The notes below the pieces were generated by a model, which saw only the letters and a list, made by a program, of their open reading frames with translations, had not been told where the DNA came from and did no database searches. Shown here piece after piece: positions 39,501 to 51,329 of a stretch of 64,000 bases of DNA. Source of the stretch: Mesotaenium endlicherianum (lineage: Eukaryota); contig WELA01002782.1 of NCBI GenBank assembly GCA_009602735.1, positions 81,152 through 145,151 on the forward strand, given 5' to 3'. Each line of letters begins with the position of its first letter. The stretch's first letter is position 1. Both the position numbers and the translations under genes were made by a program.

Positions 39501-40871
39501 TCCCTCGACGATAGAAGAGGGTTACGGCTGAGGCCGTCGGCGTCCATGTTGGTGGACCCAGAGCGGTGATGCACGTCAAAGGTGTACTCCTGCAAAATGA
39601 GCGCCCATCGTACGTACTTGCCTGTCAGGCGCTCCGACGTCATGAGCCACTTGAGTGGCTGATGGTCGGTGACTAGGCGGAAGTGGGTGCCGTAGAGGTA
39701 ATGCCTGAAGTGCACGATCGCTCAGACTGCGACCAGGCACTCCCCCTCGTAAGAGCCGTAGTTGCTCTCGGCGCGGTTGTTACGGCGGCTAGCGTAGGCC
39801 ACCACGTGCTTGAAGCCCTCATGCTCCTGCACCAGCACAGCGTCCAACCTTGCCTGCGACCAATCGGTGAGGAGGATGAAGGGCTTCTTGTAGTCGGGCC
39901 GCCGCAGCACCGGTGCGCTCACCAAGAGCTCCTTGAGCTTGTCAAACGCCGTCTGCTGCTTTGGCCCCCACACATAAGCAACACCCTTCTGCAACAAGTC
40001 GTTGAGCGGCTTGGCCAGCTCGCTGAACCCTGGCATGAAGCGCCGATAGTAGTTGGCAATGCCAAGGAAGGCCCTCAGCTGCGAGAAATCCGTGGGAGGC
40101 GGAATGCCCGTGATGGCTGAGATCTTGGCCAGTTGCGGCGCCAGACCGCTCGAAGAGAGCAGATGCCCGAGGTAATCCACCTCTCGAGTCCCAAACATAC
40201 ACTTGCCGGGATGGCACTTGAACCCCGCGGCCTCCAAGTGCTCCAACATGGCAGTGATGTGGGCCACGTGCTCCTCAAACGTCTCACTGAAGACGAGCAC
40301 GTCATCGATGTAGCACTAGGCGAAGGGAAGCCCTGACAGCTCCTTATCCATGACCCTCTGAAAGGTGGCCGGCGCGTTCTTCAACCCAAAAGGCATTACA
40401 CCCACTCGTAGAGGCGTTGTGCCCCCCAGAACGCCATTTTATGCTGATCCTCCTCGGCGATGGGAATCTGGTTGAAGCCCTGGCGCAGGTCCAGCACTAG
40501 AACCAAGTGCAGGTGCCAATGTCATCAAAGATCTCGTTTGGCGTCGGCATAGGGTACCTGTCTTGCTCAATCACCTCGTTCAGCCGACGATAGTCACCGC
40601 ACATCCTCTCCTCAAACCAGTTGCCCGAGGCATCCTTCTTGGCTGGCATGACCGTGGGCGCGGCGTAGCAAGACGATGACTCCCTGATGAGCCAATTGTC
40701 CTCCAGCTTGCCTGTCTGTGCGCCGATCAGACCATCCTCAAAGTGACTGTAATGATATCTCTTGAGGAAGATAGGCTCCTTGGACGTGAGAGAGATCCGC
40801 ATGGGATCCCCCTTATAGCGCCCGAGGTCGTGCATGCCGCTGGCGAAGCTGACGTTTCGTCTCCCATCCAT
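36576..40871 (-). pseudogene. Gypsy pol: RT, RNaseH, integrase and C-terminal PHD finger, with frameshifts and stops; split by a solo LTR
   Basis: RMCGDYRRLN, MPFGLKNAPATFQR, YIDDVLV, RAFLGIANYYRRF, LTDWS, LVTDHQPLKWL, integrase HHCC (HEALEHFG..CTLC), WSLDLAG and a PHD C4HC3 pattern. Confidence 0.9.
37117..38377 (+). mobile_element. Solo LTR (1261 bp) inserted in the integrase
   Basis: Termini TGTAATGAATC...GATTCATTACA. Perfect 5-bp TSD CGCAC (37112-37116 and 38378-38382). The integrase frame continues on both sides. Strand inferred from motifs shared with other LTRs in the window. Confidence 0.9.
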
Positions 40872-41369
40872 CAGTGTCGTCAGCTGTGCCGCCTGGGCGT
40901 CAGTGAGAGTCCCCCCCAGCTTCTATGTGGGCGCAGCTAGTGAGGGCTCCTGCCTTGCAGCCGGCTCCTCCTGCCCTGCTGCTGGCGTAAGCTGTGGCGC
41001 TGCGGGTGTCACCTGCCTTGCAGCTGTCTATGCTTGGCCTGCGATGGGTGCCTCCTCCTTGGCAGCTGCTGCCAGCTGCATTGCACCGCCTGCCTGAGGT
41101 TGCGAGTGAGGAAAAAGAAATGGCGACCGAAACTCCCTGGGTCGTTGTGAGGCCTCCTCTCTCTTGCGTCCCCCACCAAGCGATCCAAAATTGTCACGGG
41201 CCGGCGGCGGGGACCAAAGGCGTGCGCGAGCTTGCGGGGCAGGTCTTTCGCGCTAAGAAGGCCACGCAATCTCGGGCGGAGCCTAGCCGTCATTGTCAGG
41301 GGAGTCCTCGTCCATGGGGATAGCAGGCCGAGGCAGCTCTGGGTGGCGTGCCTCCGCGTAAAGAGGTGC

Positions 41370-42330
41370 CAAGGCCTGTGTCTGAAGCAGGATCCATGTG
41401 AGGACGTGGGCGTCAATCGCCTGTCCCAGGAGGCGAATGCGGTTCACCTCTGTGAGACCGTTCAGCTCCGTGAGGTGCGGCGAGAAGCCCATGTCGCGTT
41501 CCATCTCCGTCGGGCGGGGCCTATCGAACATGCCAGTCTCTGGGTCAATGACCATCCCGCGCTGAGCGCCCAGAAAGGCATTGCTGTCGTAGCGGCTGAC
41601 AAAGGTGGGGAGCGCTGGAGTAACGTCGTGAAGGACCTCGCACTGCGCCTGCGAGGGATGTGGCAGCACCGTCACCCGCTGCGCCAGCCGAGGGGCATCG
41701 AGGATGGAGTCGACGTTGCGCGTGTGGCGCGGATGGGCGGCTGCCAAAGCCTCAAGCGTGCCCGGCATTGCCAGGTTGGTGAAGTAGGCGTGGACGCGAT
41801 GCGCAAACGAGCCAATCTGGGCAGCGTCGATGACGGCCTCCCGACCGACGTAGCTGCTGGAGAGGGCAAAGTCAGCACTGACGTTGGGCCTGTGGTTGTG
41901 GCGTGCGTCCACGTTCTCCAGGACCCATGCAAGAGTGTGCGGCGGCTGACGATCCTCCAGCATGTTGAGGACGCGGAGCGGGTGCCAGAAGAGGGTCACT
42001 GAGTGCTCTGCCACGCCCAGCTCTGGAAAATTCTTGGCACTCCCAACCTGCAATGATGAGATCGTTGGGCCCAAGGCGAGTGACATGCTCGACAGTAATG
42101 TCGCGGATGTCCATGGGCCAGTCCGTCTGTGCGCGGCGGAAGGCGTGCGCGAGAAGGAGGTCTGGGAACCGCTTGTGGCACAGAGCCATTTGCCGACGGG
42201 CCACCTGCTGAGCCTCGGGATCGGGGTCCACATAGACGTAGCGGCGTACGGGAATGTCGGCCTGCAAGGTTGCTAGCAGCCCTGTGGCAAACCCGGCAAA
42301 GAGCTCAACGAGCACGATGCCGCCGGGCCG
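41370..42330 (-). pseudogene. DNMT3-like C5 cytosine DNA methyltransferase domain within the retrotransposon pol
   Basis: Motif I VELFAG, II YVDPD, III DIRDI, IV IAGWECQEFSRAG, VI VLENV, VIII FAHRVHAYFTNL, IX PTEMERDMGF, X RLLGQAID. One frameshift near 41992 joins ORFs 41872-42627 and 41283-42233. Confidence 0.9.
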
Positions 42331-45300
42331 CTCGTTGAGCGCGTCGGCACAGATGGGTGTCGGCAGCGGGCGGCACCCCATGGCAAGATTTCCAGGCTGC
42401 GCGGAAGGCGGATAGGTGCGCTCGAAACTGTGCTGATGTGGCGCCATGCGGAGTGCAGCCATGGCGCGCTCGGCGTAGTCGCGCGTGAGACCTGGGATGC
42501 GGTCCGCAATGGGCAGGGGACGCCCCTCCCGAGCGTGGGCCTGATATGAACGCCACCTCATGTGGGCGTCTTGCAAGGCCTCCGGCGGCACAGCGCGGGC
42601 CTGACGTCGGGCCAGGTGAATGCACAATTGCTGCCATCAGCCACGCTGAGCGAGGTCGTCCTGGTGCAAGGCTGCATGGGCCAACTGGTCCAGAACGGAC
42701 CGCTGAGGCAGATAGGGATGCGGATCAAAGTAGGCGCGCTGGCGCTCACGCATGGCCTCAGCGGGGACTGTGCCGACAGATCGTTTGGGGCTGTCAACCA
42801 CCTGCCGTGGCCAAACGAGCTGGCGCGGGGCCAGTTGGACTCGCGGGCGGGACTGCCCTCGCAGAGCTAGCTCGACGTGGGGATGCCGGAGATGCGGCAT
42901 GAGCTCTGCTCGCGTGGCTGCTGTAAACGGGTGGCGAGGGAGCGGCCCGCTCCTGTGCGCGCCACCTTCTGAGGAGGCAATCCCGAGGGGCCGTCGCCTG
43001 CGGTGTGGCTGCGTGGGACGCCGGCGCGTCGAGCCACAGGGTCGAGGTACAGGGCGTAATGCGCCTGTAAGGAGGAATGCGTGTCGTCGCAGTCTGGGAG
43101 TGGGCAAAAAGGTGGCGTGCCTCCTCGCTCCCAAGTGCCGTCGTACGGGGGCGTGCGCTCCCTGTCATCATATGGCGGCGTGATGGAGCAGACCCGCGGC
43201 TCGCGAAGAGGAGTGACCTCTCGTGCCTCACGCAGGGCCGTGAGCAACCGTGAGCGCCTCGTCTCGCGGAGAGGAGTGGTCTCTCGGGCAGGCTCAATGG
43301 TCGGCCTGGTGCGGTGGGCGTATGGCAGGGGCGGATGGGCGCAAGTAGCCGGGCCTGCGCGCGGCGGATCGCGGATGCTGCTCCGAGGCTCCAGCTGGCA
43401 CACGAGAGGTGTGGCAATGCTGGAAGAAGCAGCTGTCGCGTGGGCGGAGGCAAACAAGTGCCTGACGCGGCACTCGTTGCTCGTGGAGCAGTCATGGGAC
43501 ACGGGACGGCCTGGGTCCAGCTGCGGCGGCACGGGCCCAGCTGGACCGGGTCGCGGCCTCTTGCGGCAGGTTGTTGAAGCGGGGCGGGCCCGTAGGCGTG
43601 CGTCGAACGTGCGTCGTGGGCGTAGGTGGCCGAGCCTCCTCTGATGGCTGCGCGAGGTACTCCTCCGCAGACTCCTCGAGAAGCTGCTCCCACTGCTCCT
43701 CCTCCTCCTCGTTGCTGTCAAGGGTTAGGTTGTCGGACTCGCCAGGATAGGCGGCCTGCCGCATGGCCTCCTTCTCTGATGCTGTGATGCGTGGCCAGGA
43801 GTCGCCAGTCTGGTGCAATGCGCGCTGGGATGGCGGCTGAGAGTCCATACTGTACTGGATGGCCACGCAAACGGGTACGTCGTAGCGTACACGGACGTTT
43901 TTCCTTGCTGAAGGTCCGCTGCAAGACGCCGAGGCCGTGGCATCGGTGGGGGTAGCCACCGCTAAGTCACGAGCAAGGACTACGGCAGCGACGGCGGTAC
44001 GGGCAACGGCAAGAGCCTCGGTGGCATCCTCCGCCATTTGCCGCACCGTGGCGCGGTGCGCTACGCAGATGCGTATTTGCTCCCGTGCCTGGGCTGCCAC
44101 GACATCTGCCTGCTCCTGTGGTGTGAGGTGGAGCTCTGCGCTAGGCAGGTCCGGCTCCTCATCCTACAGCTCAAGCAAGTCCTCTCCCACAGAGATCTCC
44201 TCGTCCTTGGGCCCTCCCTTATCAGTCTGGACTACTGGCCGGCCGCCGCCCAACCCCATGAAGCCGTAGAGAGCGGACACTGCTGGGCGGCAATCGACGA
44301 TGTCGAGGGGCAAGGACGCCGTGCGCGTCCCTCCTGACTGTCAGTCAGTTCAATAGAAGACATGCTCCGCCCAGTTGCAGGGTCACGCCGTACGCTTGTA
44401 CGCTTAGTTCGACTAATACGCTAGTTCGCTTGAATCGGTGTTCAAAAAAATGGACTAGTTCGCTTAATACGCTTAGTACGCTAACGTCACAACGGTGTCG
44501 ACGTCCAGTACTACGGCGTCGACGTTTCATGATGGTCGCACGTGTAAAATAACCACGTCGTGTCAGACTGTTTATTTCGTTCAAAATGGCAAGGTTTTTT
44601 TTCATGCAATTTTGGACTTTTCTCTGCCCGCTTTGCAGCTACAAGTCGCAAAAAGTATTTGTAACTTCGTCTAGTACAGGACGTCGGCAAGCGGGTTTGA
44701 ACACCAGCCACCGGGTGCAGGGATAGAACAATACCCAACGTGCCATGCATGTTTCACTGTCGTATATCTATCGGGGTTGTTTATGAAGCTTATGAGTCAG
44801 ATATGTTGCAGAAATAAATGGTGGAAAACAATTTCAAAAAAATTAAATTGCTGTTGGCTTCGGGCGCCAGTCGACAGTCTTGAACCCCCGCCACCGGTTG
44901 TAGGGAACGACGCCTTACCAATGTTTCATATTATGCAATCTATGTTGAAAGGGTTTCGCGTTTGTCTAATATTGATTGTTTTAATTTACTGCTTTTCCAT
45001 GTACAATCCGACGACATCAATCATGCCAAAGTTGGGAGGGCCGCTTAGCAGAGCTGTTTTTTGTACTTCCTAACTTATTTCTTAGTTGAATTAGGACATT
45101 TAGGAGTATCATTACTTCTTAATCGAGTAGAAGAAGCTTCAATGAAGAGGTATAGATATGATTCAATTTTTTAGCAAGCATGTGTAAGAAGTAAGAAGTT
45201 CTTATAAATGCCACATTTAAGAATGACTGAACTTCGACTTAGAATAATTTTCATACGCACCAACACTGGAAGAACCGCTTAGCAGAGCATGGTTTTTTGT

Positions 45301-45616
45301 ACTTTCTAACTAGCTGATTGATTCAACAAAATAGCTTAGGAGTATCATTGCTTCTTATACCAGTAAAATAAGCTTCAATGAAGACAAACATGATTTAAGT
45401 CATAATGCACCAAATATTAATTTCAAATGTATTCATTTTCTCAACTTCCATTCTCTTTAATATGTACATGCTACCTTTAGAACATACAAGTTAGCTGACC
45501 GACACATCTAGTAACCAATTGCTCTTTGCCTTCTTCTTCCTAGAGCTGAAACACTAGGTCGCTCCTCCAACTCCTCTTCCTCTACCTCCTCTTCCTCTAC
45601 CTCCATCTCCTCTTCC

Positions 45617-47904
45617 TCACTCAACGAGGCATGCATGGCAAGATTGAGACCCTCCTGTTTCTAAGAACTCCGCTTCTTCAACCCATGGAGTGACGCCGAC
45701 ACTTGGTCCAAGGAAGTCCAAACTCTTATCCTGAAGTCTCAACATAGAATGCACATACACTAACTTCTTTGCTCTAGTAGGGAGCAGCCTATTGCGAAGT
45801 GGACTATGAACAAACCCATACTCAGACCAATTTCTCTCACATGCAGCTGCTGAACCAGGTTGCGACAATATTCTCATAGCAAGAAGTTGAAGATTAGGAC
45901 AATGACTTCCATATGTTCCCCACCACTTGTGAGCAGGCATCATGGTCTTATTAGCCTTGCAAACATCATCGCCAAAAATGTCACCGCTCCGCCGGTAGAG
46001 CGCCAACTCTCGATCCACCAACGCTCGATCAAGCACACTTCCTCCAACAAGGGTGTTCCGCACGTTGGACCAATCAGTTAGTAGACACTTCTCAACTGCC
46101 CAAGACTCATGGTCTTGGAACTCGGGGTCCAGATAGTAGCCTGTAGCCAAACAAAGTCAAGAAGCAAACTCAATATATGACAACACAATGCACTTCACCA
46201 AAAAGAGAGCAGTAACAATAGCAAGCACAATAACAAGAACAATGACCAACACACAATAACAAGCATGCAAGAGAACAACAGCCGCCGAGCAAGAAAGGTG
46301 AGCAACGTCAAAATAGACTTTTACCCGCAGAATGTAGGGGGCTGTGAAGCTAGTCCCAGCGAGCCTTCACGTCCTTCTTAACTTGGGTTCTTTGTGCCGG
46401 TTTGAGTCCTTCAACCTCAAGCACATGCTCTTTAATGGCACTCATGCGAGCCCAGATCTTCCCCAGAGAAGGNCAGAGAAGGTTGTAGAGAGTCGACTAG
46501 TCGAAGGAGAACTACAATCGGCTCACACACGTCTACCCATACCTTCACTCGCTCCCAATGTTCATCGTCACGAACTAGGTCTCTAATGTTTGTAGCCTCG
46601 CCTAAACAACCATTCATGGCCGCCCACTCAAGCCACCTACTGTCAAACACCATAGCTTGTAAGGTATCCCTCACAACGATGAGTCTTTGCAAGCAAAAGA
46701 AGTTACTAACAAACCTTGTGGGTCTTGGCTTCAACAACTCTAGTTTATTATTTAGCCTGGCCCCATGCTCACGTTAAAGAGCGTGAGGCATGTGGTGATT
46801 TGCAACAAATTGGACCAAGTGCTTGAAGCTATCGATTATGCCCTCTAGCTCTTTTATCTTTCCTAGGTCTTTCAACAGCAGGTCCAAATTATGAGCAGCA
46901 CAAGGCGTCCAATCTATGTGCGGGTGCTTCTTGCGAACCACATTACAACCAGCTACAATGTTAGCTGCAGAGTCTGTGCAAAGCTGTACGACATGATCAG
47001 CCCCTACCTTCTCCACGGCCTCAAGCAGGTGATTACCAATGTAATCACCCGTCTTCCTAGCACCCTCAATGTTGATAGCATCCATGAACATCTAAGTGCC
47101 TCCCACAACCATAAGCACGTTAAAAAGAGGATGCCCGCATGGATCGGTCCACCCATCTGCTACAATGCTACAACCCGTCAATGGTAGTCCTTTTTTCTGT
47201 TTCTCCTCCCAAGCTTCTATCTTCAAGACCTCTTTATCTAGTAGGGTACTTCCGAGAGGCTTATCCTTCATAGGGACATACACTGAACCAGTTTCTTGAG
47301 TGTACTTACTGACAGCAACCAACATGTTCCTAAAGAACTCACTGCGAGCAACATTGAATGATGAACCAATACCATAGAAGAAGCGAGCGACAATCTCATG
47401 GACATTCTCAGCATTCATCTTTTGGAACATGTCACTTAGAGAGGTCTGCCCTGTCTTCCTGCCTAAGGAAAGGGACCCCCCAACACTTGCACATGCTGAG
47501 CCACTAGCACCAGTACCCCATTCATGCACACGCTTTCGTGCAGCTTGTATGGTACTCTTCCTACGTCGCATTCCTAATAGAGAACTAGCCATACCCTTGC
47601 TACGGCTAATCATGAGATCTAGAACTTCATCGAGAACCTTCTCACACTGACTAACATCCTTACAGCCTCCCGTGAAATGGCCACGAATCCGCGTGACTTC
47701 ACCAGTAAACTCCCTGGGGCAGTAGTTGCACTTCACCTTTGGATATGAATTCTTGAACTTGGCTTCCACAACGATGGTCACATGGCCCCACTTTGGATCA
47801 GACCTTGCAGCAACTCCTCTAGAGGGCAAACGAGCGGTCAAAGCTCCAGTGAACACCCTCATTCCAGATAGCGTTGCTCCGGACGAAGTGGATGGTTGAG
47901 ACAT
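45617..47904 (-). pseudogene. hAT transposase (BED finger, DUF659-like core, dimerization domain) with premature stops
   Basis: KWGHV..KCNYC..RIRGHF, SIVADGWTD, WTPCAAHNLDLLLKD, RPTRF, HSPLHSA|GYYLDP across a GT-AG intron (46324-46141), WWGTYG..LAMRILSQ..CERNWS. Stops at 47092 and 46774. Confidence 0.9.
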
Positions 47905-47932
47905 GATACGCGTGAAACCTGCAATAACGGAG

Positions 47933-50900
47933 CAGGGTTACGTCGTTCGCTTGTTCGCTTAGTTCGCCAAGTTCGCTAGTTCGCTTAGTTCGATGTTCAA
48001 AAACGAAGGTTAGTTTGCTTAGTGCGCCAAGTCACAACGCCGTTGACGTTACGTAAGCTTGACGTCGACGTTCCTTGGTGGTCGCACGCGCAAAAGTACA
48101 ACGTTGCGGTTGTCACGTTTTTTTGTTCAAATTGGACTTTTTTTTTGGTGGACTGTTATATTTTTTCGGGCTTCCCGGCATGCTTGAAGGATTCAGAAAA
48201 AAGTATCTGCATTTTCTCTATCAAGCCGGCCAATGGCAGGCGGATGTGCACCCCCGCCACCTAGTGTAAGACGCAAAGCCTAACCTCAGTGCCAAATAAG
48301 TATTCTCTCAAATGCGGGGGTGCTGTTAATTAGTGACCTATAATTATTGTCAACCAACCCTTTTTATCCGCTAGCAGAAAATGGGCATTATTGTATGGTA
48401 GTACAAATCACATGTGAGTTATGAGTTACCTAATAGGTATGTGACAATGTGTTCCTTGAATTGTTTATGTCACATGTCTAGAATATGTCGCTCATATGTT
48501 TTGTGAAGAGACTTTCTTTGAACTAATTGAATGAGAAACTATGTCTATCAAGTTCACAATGGCTCTTATTATTTATGTATTAGGCAACAGCAACAAAACC
48601 ACGTGATACACCAAATTATCCTCATCTCATCGTCATAAACTCTACACCATCACACATCATGCAACATTGCAATAAGTTACCAAAAATTGATTCAAAATGT
48701 GTTCACTTCCTCAACTTCCACTTTCTCTATTATGTACATGCTAATTTAGTTATATACATGCAAACTCTATTATGTCGCACCTCCTCTGACAAGGTTCTTA
48801 ATGCACGTGAAGCCACTTGGTGAGTACACACTTGTTGACGGTCCAGGAGCAATAGCTTGAAACTCGGGGTCGAGATAGTAGCCTACAGCAAAAAAAGGTG
48901 CTTACAAATGAGAATATACAGACATAACGCATTTTATTTCCTTCCATACAAGATGCAGAGTTGACAGCATAATGAACATCGAGAAGAAGAAACAGCACCA
49001 GTAACATAAGTAAAAAATGCAACGCAACAAATTTCGAACTATGCTTGCACAAGCCCTCGCAGGCTGCGCATCTGAACAGAAACCCTAAGCCCTCAACCGC
49101 TGACCTCAGCCCTTCCTAAAACTTGAACTTCACTACGCACCAGTAGAGAGACACACGCGGCCCTCCTCAGCTTTCGCCTGGTGCTGGAATCAACCCACTC
49201 TGCACTTCTCTTCCTAAGCTGCACCTGGACCCTAACTAAACCCCTGAACTTGAACCTGACCAAAAGCCCCCCCGCTACCGCGCATGCAGGTGGAGGAGGC
49301 ATGCAGGTGGGAGAGGCAGAAGAGGCAGACAAGCCCAATGCAGCAGCAAGGTTACCTCAGAGGAGGCGAGCCAGGTGGCGGCACCTGACGTGGGGCCGAC
49401 AGACGGCGGAGGCCAACAGATGGCGGAGGCGAGGCCACTGCTGACACTGCGCACCCTTGGCCCCAGCTGGTCTGCGTGTCCGACGACATCTGCACCTGTG
49501 GGCTGGCAAGAGTGGCTGTGGGTGGAGGGGCAGGCTGAGCTGGGGGTTGGTGACGCGCGTGCAATGCGTCTTACTGACAGCTGCGGGCGTACATGTGTTT
49601 TCTGTGGGGGGGAGGGAAGGGGGGTGGGGGTACAGAGAGTGAACACAAACGCTGACAGCATGGCCGAGCTGTTGGAGGAGACAAGACGCTGCAAGAGAGA
49701 GATGGAGAGAGAGAGGGGGGAGAGGGGGNNNNNNNNNNNNNNNNNNNNNNNNNNNNNNNNNNNNNNNNNNNNNNNNNNNNNNNNNNNNNNNNNNNNNNNN
49801 NNNNNNNNNNNNNNNNNNNNNNNNNNNNNNNNNNNNNNNNNNNNNNNNNNNNNNNNNNNNNNNNNNNNNNNNNNNNNNNNNNNNNNNNNNNNNNNNNNNN
49901 NNNNNNNNNNNNNNNNNNNNNNNNNNNNNNNNNNNNNNNNNNNNNNNNNNNNNNNNNNNNNNNNNNNNNNNNNNNNNNNNNNNNNNNNNNNNNNNNNNNN
50001 NNNNNNNNNNNNNNNNNNNNNNNNNNNNNNNNNNNNNNNNNNNNNNNNNNNNNNNNNNNNNNNNNNNNNNNNNNNNNNNNNNNNNNNNNNNNNNNNNNNN
50101 NNNNNNNNNNNNNNNNNNNNNNNNNNNNNNNNNNNNNNNNNNNNNNNNNNNNNNNNNNNNNNNNNNNNNNNNNNNNNNNNNNNNNNNNNNNNNTCCTTCC
50201 CTTGCAGCCTACCTCGCTCCCATCCTCTCCCCCTTCCTCTCCCCCACCCTCTTAGTCATCCTATCCCCATTCTCATTCCCCTCTACAATCCTTGCCCACT
50301 TGGCCTCCCTCCCCCAACTCTTGCTCATTATCCCTCCCTCCAATGCTACCTCCTTCCCTTGCAGCCTCCCTCGCTCTCTTCCTCTCCCTCGCTCTCTTCC
50401 TCCCCCTCTCTCTCGTTCCTTCCCACTCTTGCTCCCTCTCTATCTCTCTACTCCATATTCCTCCCCCCTCCGATGCTTTCCGCTCCCTCCGTCCACCCCT
50501 CGCTCCCTCTCTCGATTCAACCTCTTCCACCCTCCCCCTCCATGCTCTCTTGAATTCCGCACTCCGTCCTCTCTCCCTCCCTTGCTCCCTCCCTCCCTCC
50601 CTTCTTGCCACCTTTTCTTTTTTGCTTCCTCCTCACCTCCCTTCCTTCATCTCTCCCTCCCTTCTCCCCCCATCCTCTCTCTCCCTCTATCCCTTCCCAA
50701 TCTCCCTCCCAATCTCCCTCGCCTCCCGTCGTCCCTCGCTTTTCCTTCTCCCTCGCTCACTCTGCCGCTCCTCTGTCGCTCCCCTAATCCCTGCTTGCTC
50801 CCTCACTCGGTCCCTCCAAACCTTCTTCGTTTTGCTCCGTCCCAACATCCCTCCATCTGTCGCTCCCTGCCTCTTACCCAACCTCCCTCACTCTCGGGTT

Positions 50901-51240
50901 TGGTGGCTACAATTGAATTTGTGCCTCTGCGCAGTGAACCAAAATCCATCAGCAACTACAAGGCTGCAAGCGAGCGTTATTGGTTTTGCAATTTCTTGAA
51001 GTTCCCGTTGTTGCAGCAAAACTGCCACATTGTACTAAAACATTCCAATCGCGTCAATCGATACGTTTTTCACACTCACAAGTGGAAGAACCTCGACGCT
51101 CACGCACATAAAGAACGACGAAACGTTCCTGGACGGCACGCACGAGTGAAACAATTCTCGTCCGCTTAGTTCGGCGAATCGACTCAGTTTGCTTAATAAG
51201 CGTACGAAGGTCGGTCAGTTCGGCGAACGGCATAACCCTG
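47933..51240 (-). mobile_element. Non-autonomous internal-deletion derivative of the same or a closely related hAT family
   Basis: TIRs CAGGGTTACGTCGTTCGC and GCGAACGGCATAACCCTG. TSD TAACGGAG/AAACGGAG (7 of 8 match). Keeps a transposase remnant GYYLDPEFQ (about 48858-48885) and subterminal blocks similar to 44378-44720. Confidence 0.82.
49729..50193. other. Assembly gap (N run) in a GA/CT-rich low-complexity tract
   Basis: Run of n followed by a pyrimidine-rich tract to about 50895. Confidence 1.
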
Positions 51241-51329
51241 AAACGGAGAACAGCAACCAGTAAGAGACAAAAGAATATGCCAGTCAAACAAGCAGAAGAG
51301 CAACAATAGGCAAGCAAGAGAGCAGGAAG

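Noticed and set aside
21541..42627. Functional cluster of ASI1 with the DNMT retroelement
   Set aside because: Adjacency in a TE-rich eukaryotic genome is not evidence of linkage, and the element is a decayed insertion.
41283..42627. Bacterial restriction-modification contamination or a host DNMT gene
   Set aside because: The domain is embedded collinearly between the Gypsy protease and RT, decays like the rest of the element, and has no introns or restriction-enzyme partner.
50194..51169. Long Pro/Ser/Leu-rich ORFs
   Set aside because: They arise from a pyrimidine-rich low-complexity tract next to an N-gap inside a non-autonomous hAT.
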